Assembly (NCBI GenBank): GCA_964019425.1
Contig: OZ025798.1
Span: 1,302,001 to 1,366,000 of the forward strand
From: Flectonema sp. DT1601
Taxonomy: Eukaryota
DNA: 64,000 nt
Direction: 5' to 3'
Below the pieces are notes generated by a model, which saw only the letters and a list, made by a program, of their open reading frames with translations, had not been told where the DNA came from and did not search any database. Each line of letters begins with the position of its first letter. Position 1 is the first letter of the stretch. The translations under genes were made by a program, and so were the position numbers. Below are positions 33,152 through 43,492 of this stretch, piece after piece.

Positions 33152-34929
33152 ATTGCTGTCGGTCACATGAAGCTGGAATTTCACGTAGTCGCAGATTGAG
33201 TTGCACTCGAGTTGGATGCGCTGATTTCGATGATTAAATTGATCTTCTGTTTGCTATTTTAAGGAATTCTATCGACTGAGTTGAGTTCTTGAGGGCGAGT
33301 ATTTCAATAAATGCATAAATTCGATGTTCTCAGATTGACATTTCTGTGCGGCATTATTTTGTTTTCTAATTATTGTTTCATTGCATTGCTTCAACAATAA
33401 TAAATATCTTACATGACGTGTCCGTAGACACTGTTGGGAAATAAACAAACAGCTGTTTGAACCTCACATTTATGAATATCGGAGTAAGCTATTAAACGAC
33501 GAACTAAATTAGTGGAGCTGTTTGTGTTACAGCTGACGAGCTATAAACATGAGTGGCGTTCCTTAGCTTCTCCTCCCCGTGTGGAATGCGATTTGTTATG
33601 TTTCATTTTATTTCTCTTTTTTTGTTTTTTCTTCATTTTTTTGGTACTTCTTTGTCTGCAATAATTTTCTGTCGTTTTCAAGTTGTATTGTTGTGACCAT
33701 TACGTTTATATTAAACTGACTTGACTTCATCAGTTTCTATCACTTTTTACTTTTCAATTAGTTTTTATCTAAAGCCTTGCTTGAAAAGCGCTTGCACTTG
33801 TGCAAGGGGGTTGCTATTTTCCCAACTCGTTGTATGCCTCGTGACTGTTTCGATGATAACTCTGTTCTCTTGAGGTATCTATTCTCTTTCTTATTCAGCA
33901 TAAATTATAAAAATAATCTTTCGAGTCAGGGAGGATTGTGTTATTCCTTCCGCTCACGACAACACTTAATTACAACACAACACAACTTCAACACAAGTCA
34001 CAATGGTCCGAGTTGAGCGCCCACTCAGTTGGTCATCAGAGTGTAGTTATCAGCGTCTTTTAAAGTCTAGCGAATGGCATTCCTTCCGTGTGGTGATTCC
34101 CCTGAACGCACAAACAAATACGCCTTGCGGGGAAAGGTTTTGCCGCTGACTTTAGGTTATTGATTTGTTGTTTGTTCTGTTAGTTTGTTTGCAATCATTC
34201 TTTCTTCTTTTTGTTATCAGGAAGGACATGTCACAAGTGATGTGGTGGAGAGGAAGTGGGGGGAGGAGAGTAAGTTAAGTAGAAAATGGTACCACTTGCC
34301 GTGTGATGGAAGGAGGGATCGTCGAGAGGGCTTTACGGTGATGGTGACATGAGAGGGTGTTTGCAATTTTGTAACTTTTGTATATATTTCATATTCTTAA
34401 ATACAGGAGCAGAACTAATGATGAAGTGAGCGTTTAACCTCCTTGTGTGTTTGTGCGTGAGTGTGTGTTGTGAAGTGTTGTGTGTTGAAACTCTGACGAG
34501 TTCTTATTACCCTTTGTGTGTGTTTTGTGTGTTCATATGTGTAGTTTGAGTAGTATGTTGGTTAGTGTGTTGTGTGTTCATATGTGTGGTTTGAGTGTTC
34601 GTGTTTCGTATTTGAGAGAGAGAGAGAGCGTATTGTTCTTCGTGTTGTGATTTGTGGTGAAGTTGTGTTGTGTTTGTGTTGGAATTAAGTGTCGTGTTGT
34701 TTAACTCTGATGAGTTCTTATTGTGGTTTGAGTGCTGGTGATTTTTGCACGTGTTTCGTTTTTGAGTGCCCATTGGTTTGTGTGTGTCGCGTGTCCCGGG
34801 GGGGTGGGCATGTTTGATCTGTGTGGAACTATTTCTTATAGATTGTTAACCATAAATCTGCTTTTTAAGATTTTACACCTTTCCTTGATTGAACTGAACT
34901 TGCTTCGTGTTGTGATTTGTGGTGAAGTT

Positions 34930-35056
34930 CGATAAGTGACGTGGGAGTGGAATGCTTTATGTGGTATGTTTTGTTATATCAATATTTCCCGCCTTCAGCC
35001 GCGCACAAGTCGATAAGTGACGTGGGAATGGAATGATTTATTTGATATGTTTTATG
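34930..35056 (+). repeat. Pair of ~45-bp direct repeats (CGATAAGTGACGTGGGA.TGGAATG), 81 bp apart, upstream of the array ORF; present in every unit
   Basis: Copies start at 34930 and 35011; each contains TGACGT. Confidence 0.85.
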
Positions 35057-35259
35057 GTTCTTATTGATTTGTGGCTACCAATTCTGATAGGTTACCTTCT
35101 TTTGTGAGCTTCTTATAATATACCGCGGTGTGCCTTCTCCATGATCCCCAAATGGGCCCTCATTATTCCTCAGGATTCTCAGTTGGAAATGTACTCTCTT
35201 TTGGTGGTAAAAGCAAAGTTCAGATCTCTTGATATTTTATTGCTGGATTGGCATGATGT

Positions 35260-35280
35260 TACTTCCTTTCCTTCTATCAG
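35260..35280 (+). promoter_or_regulatory. Putative (trans-)splice acceptor of the array ORF
   Basis: TACTTCCTTTCCTTCTATCAG ends 27 nt before an AAAAAAA-ATG, the same layout as upstream single-copy genes. Confidence 0.55.
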
Positions 35281-35307
35281 GCTTAAGACAAAACAAAGCA
35301 CAAAAAA

Positions 35308-36471
35308 ATGTTTGCCATCATCGGATTTGTGGGAGTATTCTGGTGGACGGTGTTCTGCTTTGGATGCGGTCTGCCTGACTTGCCTCCAGTTGGATTGATG
35401 CTGGGAATGTTCGAAGAGCCCGCCGAAGTTGTTGCGACAACGACGACGACGACGAACACCACCACCACCACCACTATTATCGACAAGTGGTGTTGTATTA
35501 TCGACAACAACACCTCCACTGACGCCAACTCCAGCTCCAGCGACAACGCCAACGCCAACGCCAACGCCAAAGCCAACGCCAACGTCAACGGCAACACCAA
35601 CGTCAACGAGTCTGCGTGTCATGCTGACGTGCCGCACTCTGTTGGTAAAAGTATTCCGCACCGTGTGGGTGACACGATGAGGAGGGCGTTTGGTTCCGCG
35701 AGCAGAGTGGCCGTCGAAGAGCTGATGAGGAGCAGCCAATGCTCCGATCACAGTGCCACCGATAGACTCGTGAAGTGCTTCGGGATCCGGTTCGCGATAA
35801 CCCGGGTGAAGCTTCTCGATGTGGTGCGCACTTGTGAAGCGGAACTCTCCGACATCACGCACGGTGTCTGGGGTGCGCTTGAGCTCGAGTGTGTCAGGTT
35901 TGCTGACCTCGTAATGGCTTGGGTGAATGAAGCAGCCAGTTCAGCGGCTGACTTCATGTTCTCTGTACTTTCTCTGTTTGATCGGTTTCTCTTGTTTTCG
36001 AGAAGCGTTCGCTCCGAACTGGAGGCATGTTTCCTTTCTTTTTTTGCTGGACCCATTGGTGCTTATCGCTCGGTCGAGGCAGATCTGAAGTCTGCGTCCG
36101 AGGTGATTCGCGGGGGGTTCGGGAAAGTGGTTGCATGTACGGAGATTGCTGACCAGAGTGTTAAGCTGTTTTGCATCAATCACCGGATTGATCAGAGCAA
36201 GAAACACTTGGAACGCATCTTCAGGGGATGGAAAGTCGAGGCGGCAGCCGTAGTCAATAAAGTTGACATTAAGTATTTGTTTGAAGCTGTCGCCGCGCTT
36301 TCCGATGCCTGTTCTTTTCTTCTTTGGATTGTTTTGTTGTTGGTATTGCTCTCCTTTGAAATTGTCAATTTCTTGGGTTTGTTTGCCGGCATGAGTAGCG
36401 GAGAAAAAAGGAAGTTTCGGCTTGCGCAGCAGCTGTTTGCGGCTTGTGTTTTTCATGTTTGTTGTCGTTAA
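35308..36471 (+). CDS. Orphan predicted membrane protein, array copy 1 (387 aa)
   Basis: Long ORF in otherwise low-complexity DNA. Hydrophobic N-terminus, Thr/Asn/Ala low-complexity stalk, helical Cys-containing body, hydrophobic segment near the C-terminus; upstream acceptor and A-rich start context. No family recognised. Confidence 0.65.
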   Translation: MFAIIGFVGVFWWTVFCFGCGLPDLPPVGLMLGMFEEPAEVVATTTTTTNTTTTTTIIDKWCCIIDNNTSTDANSSSSDNANANANAKANANVNGNTNVNESACHADVPHSVGKSIPHRVGDTMRRAFGSASRVAVEELMRSSQCSDHSATDRLVKCFGIRFAITRVKLLDVVRTCEAELSDITHGVWGALELECVRFADLVMAWVNEAASSAADFMFSVLSLFDRFLLFSRSVRSELEACFLSFFAGPIGAYRSVEADLKSASEVIRGGFGKVVACTEIADQSVKLFCINHRIDQSKKHLERIFRGWKVEAAAVVNKVDIKYLFEAVAALSDACSFLLWIVLLLVLLSFEIVNFLGLFAGMSSGEKRKFRLAQQLFAACVFHVCCR

Positions 36472-36856
36472 ATGAATTCTGTTGTTGTTTGAAAAAAACA
36501 GCAGCCCAACAAAAAAAAAAGCAAAAGCAAAACCAAAACCAAAACCAAAACCAAAACTAAAAAAAAAAAAAAAATAATAATAATAAGCGACCTTTGTACC
36601 AACTTCCCTTTAACCCAATTAATATGTGCGTATAATTATTCAAAAAAAAAAAAAGAAACAAAAACGATCGACTCCAACAAAAAAAAAAAAAAAAAAAATT
36701 CAAAACAAAAAGAATGTACCGCACACTTTTCTTTTTTTTTTTTTTTTTTTTTCCTCCTTTCATTTTTTTCATCTATCCTCCTCCTTGTTTTCCTTCCTGT
36801 TATGAAGAAAAATACCGTATTAAACTTTGAAGACAATTAACTAACTCTGCCATGAG

Positions 36857-36893
<37 letters not shown>

Positions 36894-37697
36894 CCATGTT
36901 TTTTTTTCGTTTGAAGTTCAAAGAAAAATGGTTCTGTCTTTTTTTTTTTTAGTTGTTTTCTAGTTTTTAGATGCCGCTTCTTCATTTCTGACAGCTGCAA
37001 TTGCATTGCTGCTTTTGTGAATTAAGGTAGGTGAGATGGATTTCCTTTACACGAACTTCTCTTTTCTTTTTTTTTTTCCCCCGACAAGTAGTAGTAGAAA
37101 GTACGGGCCATTCACATCTGGGTTAGTAAGTTGTTGTCGTTGTCGTTGTTGTTGTTGTTGTCTTGTCGTCGAGCGAGAGAGTACAACTACTCTCTCGGCC
37201 GATAGACATTTTCATTTTCATTTTTCTCATAACCAACAACAAGAAATTTTCTTTAACAACACGGGGGCGAGATGTGAATGGTCTTTTGGAGAATTGTGTC
37301 GGATTTTATTTTATTTTATTTTATTTTATTTTTTTTTTTTTTTGCTGGCACACGAAAACTAATAAACGCACTGAAAGAAGGAAAACCGGAACCCGGAAGT
37401 TGCAACTCCGATGCTCTGGCTCTTCACTTCGACGAACAACAAAAGGCTGAAAAGAGAGAATATTATTATTTTCTTGATTTGCTTTGAGATTGTGGAGTTT
37501 TTGTGTCCAATTTTTCATTTCTTCTTTTCAATTTAACAAAAAATAAAAATAAAAAAACCTTAAAAAATTTAAAAAACAAAAAAGATCCCATCCCTCGGTA
37601 CCAGTCGCGGAAAAAACGTTTATTTTCTCTTGGCAGTGCAAGTCTGGAGAGACGACCTGCAAAGGCTCTCTCTCTCTGGCATTCACCCATGAGGAGA

Positions 37698-38048
37698 TTG
37701 TATACCTTTCTTTACTTTGTTTTGTATACCTTTCTTAACTTTGCTTTATATACCTTTCTTTATTTGTTTTGTATACCTTTCTTTATTTGTTTTGTATACC
37801 ATTCTTTATTTGTTTTGTATACCTTTCTTTATTTGTTTTATATACCTTTCTTTATTTGTTTTATATACCTTTCTTTATTTGTTTTGTATACCTTTCTTAA
37901 CTTTGTTTTATATACCTTTCTTTATTTGCTTTGTATACCTTTCTTTATTTGTTTTGTATACCTTTCTTAACTTTGTTTTATATACCTTTCTTTATTTGCT
38001 TTGTGTACCATTCTTTACTTTGTTTTGGATACCTTTCTTTATTTGTTT
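37698..38048. repeat. 23-bp minisatellite TATACCTTTCTTTATTTGTTTTG, ~15 copies (unit 1)
   Basis: Directly visible, with variant units such as TTAACTTTG and CCATTC. Confidence 0.95.
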
Positions 38049-40762
38049 CCGCGGGAGGGAAGGCACACGCTGCCGATCCCCCCGCTCCAATGTTGTTCTC
38101 GTTGATGTTGTGGATGTGATGGTCCAGTCTGCTGTCTTCCTTTTTTTTTTTCCCCTTCTCTTTTCTCTCACTCTCTCGCGGTGGCAAGTGCTCTGGTCTT
38201 TTGAGAGGCTGGGAAAAAGGAAAACCAGTTTTGCTGATTTTCACCCTTTTTTTTGTTTTTACTGCGAGAGAGACGGAACGAGAGATACAGAGAGAGAGAG
38301 AGAGAGAGAGACAATGCAAAGAAAACAAAACTGACCTTTTACGTATTGAGAGAGAGAGAGAGAGAGAGAGGAAAAAAAGAAAAACAATTTCACCCTGGTT
38401 TTGTTTGTGCTGCTCCTCGATCATAGGGATACTCTTGCGGCAGTTGCCGAGTATCCCGTAAAAACTACCACAACAAAAACAACAACAACATTTACCAACT
38501 CGATTCTCACTTCCTGTTCCTTGGTGAGTTTTAGCAAAAGCTGACCAACTCGACTCACGCAGCAGCTGCAGTTCCTCGCCGAGACGGAACCAGCCTCAAT
38601 GATCCGAGTTGAGCGCCCACTCAGTTGGTCATCGGAGTGTAGTTATCAGCGGATTTCCTGGTTTCTCGCACAGAGAGCTAGGTTTCCCAACATAGCAACG
38701 CTCGTGGCAAAACTTGTCGTGGGAGGCTACTCGGGATTGGAGGTTGGCAGGTAAATGGGGGGAAGTGAATGAAGAGAGGAGGAGACGCACGAGAGAGAAT
38801 GGCAATATGTATGCGAGTGAGCCAGCTGCTGCTGCTGTGATTTGATTGGTATTTTTGCTAAGCAGTGTTTTCTTGCTCTGTGAACTGTTTTTGATGTTCA
38901 GGACGTGTTCATATTACTGAGGAAGGAGCCACCATCTGAGATCATGATCATGATGATGATGATAGTAGTGGTGGTGGTGTGCGGTTAAATCTCTAATTTT
39001 GGTAAATGAAATTCAATCTTTTGCAGCAATATACTTATCGTCTCTCTCTCTCTGACATTTTCGATTTAGAAAAAGTAAAATCCTGTGATCAGTACTGCTT
39101 TCATTCGTCACCCATGTGGGTTGTTGTTGTTGTCTTGTCATTTTTCTTCTTTTTTTTCGTGCCTGCCGTCGTTGTCGTTGTGGTTGTGGTTGTCGTTGTC
39201 GTTGTGATGACGGCCTCACGGCAGTTACAAGTCTTCAGGAGTGGGGGGTTGTGTGTTTCCTTCTTCACGCAGGAGTCACGCCCCCCTGGTGAGAAATAAT
39301 AATAATAAAACTAACAATGATAATGATAATATTGTACTTTTGTATAGGTACTGTATTGTAATAACGCGCGATTGTTTTGCAATGTAATCAGTTCACTTTC
39401 ACATTTCAATTGAATTCCCCAAATGACCTTCCCGGCGCAACATTTCTTTATTTTCTTTTTTTTAAATAATTTTTATAAACACTTTCTTTTCGTTGATTTC
39501 GTACCTTTCTTTTAAAGCCTAGCGAATGGCATTCCTTCCGTGTGGTGATTCCCCTGAACGCACAAACAAATACGCCTTGCGTGTCGGGGTCGGGGGGGAA
39601 AGGTTTTGCCGCTGACTTTTGGCTATTAATTTGTTGTTTGTTCTGTTCGTTTGTTTGCAATCATTCTTTCTTCTTTTTATTATCAGAAAGGACATGTCAC
39701 AAGTGATGTGGTGGAGAGGGGAGAGTAAGTTAAGTGGAAAATGGTACCACTTGCCGTGTGATGGAAGGAGGGATCGTTGAGAGGGCTTTGCGGTGATGGT
39801 GACATGAGAGGGTGTTTGCAATTTTGTAACTTTTGTATATATTTTCATTTTTTTTTAACAGGAGCTGAACTTATGATGAGGTGAGCAGAAGCTTCACTGA
39901 ACCTCCTCTCGGTGTGTGTGTATGCATGTATGTGTTGTGTATTGTTTGTTGAAACTCTGACGAGTTCTCATTACTCTTTGTGTGTGTGTGTGTGTTGTGT
40001 GTTCATATGTGTAGTTTGAGTGCTCGTGTGTCTGTGTCAGATGTTTCTGTGAAACTATTTCTTTTGCCTTCCTTGAATTTACTGAACTTGTTCTTCGTGT
40101 TGTGATTTGTGGTGAAGTTGTGTTGTGTTTGTGTTGGAATTAAGTGTCGTGTTGTTTAACTCTGATGAGTTCTTATTGTGGTTTGAGTGCTGGTGATTTT
40201 TGCACGTGTTTCGTTTTTGAGTGCCCATTGGTTTGTGTGTGTCGCGTGTCCCGGGGGGGTGGGCATGTTTGATCTGTGTGGAACTATTTCTTATAGATTG
40301 TTAACCATAAATCTGCTTTTTAAGATTTTACACCTTTCCTTGATTGAACTGAACTTGCTTCGTGTTGTGATTTGTGGTGAAGTTCGATAAGTGACGTGGG
40401 AGTGGAATGCTTTATGTGGTATGTTTTGTTATATCAATATTTCCCGCCTTCAGCCGCGCACAAGTCGATAAGTGACGTGGGAATGGAATGATTTATTTGA
40501 TATGTTTTATGGTTCTTATTGATTTGTGGCTACCAATTCTGATAGGTTACCTTCTTTTGTGAGCTTCTTATAATATACCGCGGTGTGCCTTCTCCATGAT
40601 CCCCAAATGGGCCCTCATTATTCCTCAGGATTCTCAGTTGGAAATGTACTCTCTTTTGGTGGTAAAAGCAAAGTTCAGATCTCTTGATATTTTATTGCTG
40701 GATTGGCATGATGTTACTTCCTTTCCTTCTATCAGGCTTAAGACAAAACAAAGCACAAAAAA

Positions 40763-41926
40763 ATGTTTGCCATCATCGGATTTGTGGGAGTATTCTGGTG
40801 GACGGTGTTCTGCTTTGGATGCGGTCTGCCTGACTTGCCTCCAGTTGGATTGATGCTGGGAATGTTCGAAGAGCCCGCCGAAGTTGTTGCGACAACGACG
40901 ACGACGACGAACACCACCACCACCACCACTATTATCGACAAGTGGTGTTGTATTATCGACAACAACACCTCCACTGACGCCAACTCCAGCTCCAGCGACA
41001 ACGCCAACGCCAACGCCAACGCCAAAGCCAACGCCAACGTCAACGGCAACACCAACGTCAACGAGTCTGCGTGTCATGCTGACGTGCCGCACTCTGTTGG
41101 TAAAAGTATTCCGCACCGTGTGGGTGACACGATGAGGAGGGCGTTTGGTTCCGCGAGCAGAGTGGCCGTCGAAGAGCTGATGAGGAGCAGCCAATGCTCC
41201 GATCACAGTGCCACCGATAGACTCGTGAAGTGCTTCGGGATCCGGTTCGCGATAACCCGGGTGAAGCTTCTCGATGTGGTGCGCACTTGTGAAGCGGAAC
41301 TCTCCGACATCACGCACGGTGTCTGGGGTGCGCTTGAGCTCGAGTGTGTCAGGTTTGCTGACCTCGTAATGGCTTGGGTGAATGAAGCAGCCAGTTCAGC
41401 GGCTGACTTCATGTTCTCTGTACTTTCTCTGTTTGATCGGTTTCTCTTGTTTTCGAGAAGCGTTCGCTCCGAACTGGAGGCATGTTTCCTTTCTTTTTTT
41501 GCTGGACCCATTGGTGCTTATCGCTCGGTCGAGGCAGATCTGAAGTCTGCGTCCGAGGTGATTCGCGGGGGGTTCGGGAAAGTGGTTGCATGTACGGAGA
41601 TTGCTGACCAGAGTGTTAAGCTGTTTTGCATCAATCACCGGATTGATCAGAGCAAGAAACACTTGGAACGCATCTTCAGGGGATGGAAAGTCGAGGCGGC
41701 AGCCGTAGTCAATAAAGTTGACATTAAGTATTTGTTTGAAGCTGTCGCCGCGCTTTCCGATGCCTGTTCTTTTCTTCTTTGGATTGTTTTGTTGTTGGTA
41801 TTGCTCTCCTTTGAAATTGTCAATTTCTTGGGTTTGTTTGCCGGCATGAGTAGCGGAGAAAAAAGGAAGTTTCGGCTTGCGCAGCAGCTGTTTGCGGCTT
41901 GTGTTTTTCATGTTTGTTGTCGTTAA
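40763..41926 (+). CDS. Orphan predicted membrane protein, array copy 2
   Basis: Translation identical to copy 1. Confidence 0.65.
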   Translation: MFAIIGFVGVFWWTVFCFGCGLPDLPPVGLMLGMFEEPAEVVATTTTTTNTTTTTTIIDKWCCIIDNNTSTDANSSSSDNANANANAKANANVNGNTNVNESACHADVPHSVGKSIPHRVGDTMRRAFGSASRVAVEELMRSSQCSDHSATDRLVKCFGIRFAITRVKLLDVVRTCEAELSDITHGVWGALELECVRFADLVMAWVNEAASSAADFMFSVLSLFDRFLLFSRSVRSELEACFLSFFAGPIGAYRSVEADLKSASEVIRGGFGKVVACTEIADQSVKLFCINHRIDQSKKHLERIFRGWKVEAAAVVNKVDIKYLFEAVAALSDACSFLLWIVLLLVLLSFEIVNFLGLFAGMSSGEKRKFRLAQQLFAACVFHVCCR

Positions 41927-42302
41927 ATGAATTCTGTTGTTGTTTGAAAAAAACAGCAGCCCAACAAAAAAAAAAGCAAAAGCAAAACCAAAACCAAAAC
42001 TAAAAAAAAAAAAAAAATAATAATAATAATAAGCGACCTTTGTACCAACTTCCCTTTAACCCAATTAATATGTGCGTATAATTATTCAAAAAAAAAAAAA
42101 GAAACAAAAACGATCGACTCCAACAAAAAAAAAAAAAAAAAAAATTCAAAACAAAAAGAATGTACCGCACACTTTTCTTTTTTTTTTTTTTTTTTTTTCC
42201 TCCTTTCATTTTTTTCATCTATCCTCCTCCTTGTTTTCCTTCCTGTTATGAAGAAAAATACCGTATTAAACTTTGAAGACAATTAACTAACTCTGCCATG
42301 AG

Positions 42303-42337
<35 letters not shown>

Positions 42338-43141
42338 CCATGTTTTTTTTTCGTTTGAAGTTCAAAGAAAAATGGTTCTGTCTTTTTTTTTTTTAGTTGT
42401 TTTCTAGTTTTTAGATGCCGCTTCTTCATTTCTGACAGCTGCAATTGCATTGCTGCTTTTGTGAATTAAGGTAGGTGAGATGGATTTCCTTTACACGAAC
42501 TTCTCTTTTCTTTTTTTTTTTCCCCCGACAAGTAGTAGTAGAAAGTACGGGCCATTCACATCTGGGTTAGTAAGTTGTTGTCGTTGTCGTTGTTGTTGTT
42601 GTTGTCTTGTCGTCGAGCGAGAGAGTACAACTACTCTCTCGGCCGATAGACATTTTCATTTTCATTTTTCTCATAACCAACAACAAGAAATTTTCTTTAA
42701 CAACACGGGGGCGAGATGTGAATGGTCTTTTGGAGAATTGTGTCGGATTTTATTTTATTTTATTTTATTTTATTTTTTTTTTTTTTTGCTGGCACACGAA
42801 AACTAATAAACGCACTGAAAGAAGGAAAACCGGAACCCGGAAGTTGCAACTCCGATGCTCTGGCTCTTCACTTCGACGAACAACAAAAGGCTGAAAAGAG
42901 AGAATATTATTATTTTCTTGATTTGCTTTGAGATTGTGGAGTTTTTGTGTCCAATTTTTCATTTCTTCTTTTCAATTTAACAAAAAATAAAAATAAAAAA
43001 ACCTTAAAAAATTTAAAAAACAAAAAAGATCCCATCCCTCGGTACCAGTCGCGGAAAAAACGTTTATTTTCTCTTGGCAGTGCAAGTCTGGAGAGACGAC
43101 CTGCAAAGGCTCTCTCTCTCTGGCATTCACCCATGAGGAGA

Positions 43142-43492
43142 TTGTATACCTTTCTTTACTTTGTTTTGTATACCTTTCTTAACTTTGCTTTATATACCTT
43201 TCTTTATTTGTTTTGTATACCTTTCTTTATTTGTTTTGTATACCATTCTTTATTTGTTTTGTATACCTTTCTTTATTTGTTTTATATACCTTTCTTTATT
43301 TGTTTTATATACCTTTCTTTATTTGTTTTGTATACCTTTCTTAACTTTGTTTTATATACCTTTCTTTATTTGCTTTGTATACCTTTCTTTATTTGTTTTG
43401 TATACCTTTCTTAACTTTGTTTTATATACCTTTCTTTATTTGCTTTGTGTACCATTCTTTACTTTGTTTTGGATACCTTTCTTTATTTGTTT
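43142..43492. repeat. 23-bp minisatellite, ~15 copies (unit 2)
   Basis: As in unit 1. Confidence 0.95.

Noticed and set aside
35179..36456. Minus-strand ORFs (227, 171, 107 and 102 aa) in each unit
   Set aside because: Antisense shadows of the 387-aa ORF and its trinucleotide repeats.
38720..38745. GCTACTCGGGA resembling 7SL/Alu
   Set aside because: Only 11 nt with no other SRP RNA features.
38830..39003. TTGATTG|GTAT and a downstream AATTTTGG resembling an SL donor and Sm site
   Set aside because: Matches are too short and too far apart, and the upstream sequence is unlike known euglenozoan leaders.
36557..39299. Short F/K/R/E-rich ORFs in the array spacer
   Set aside because: Translations of homopolymers and satellites, several of which shift frame between units.
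39309..39460. SL RNA-like layout: AACTAAC, 39 nt to G|GTAC, later a T-tract, in a tandem array
   Set aside because: Lacks the conserved CAGTTTCTGTACT core and the GTATG donor; equally explained as branch point plus acceptor. Comparing with the organism's mRNA 5' leader would settle it.
38652..39507. 856-bp segment missing from the edge copy as a lost minus-strand intron
   Set aside because: The nearest GT and AG would leave 9 extra nt relative to the edge copy, the donor GTACG does not fit the local consensus, and the spliced frame stops after three codons.
39950..40175. CTGACGA and CTGATGA as hammerhead cores
   Set aside because: No stem II followed by GAAA; they are loops of small AACTC/GAGTT hairpins.
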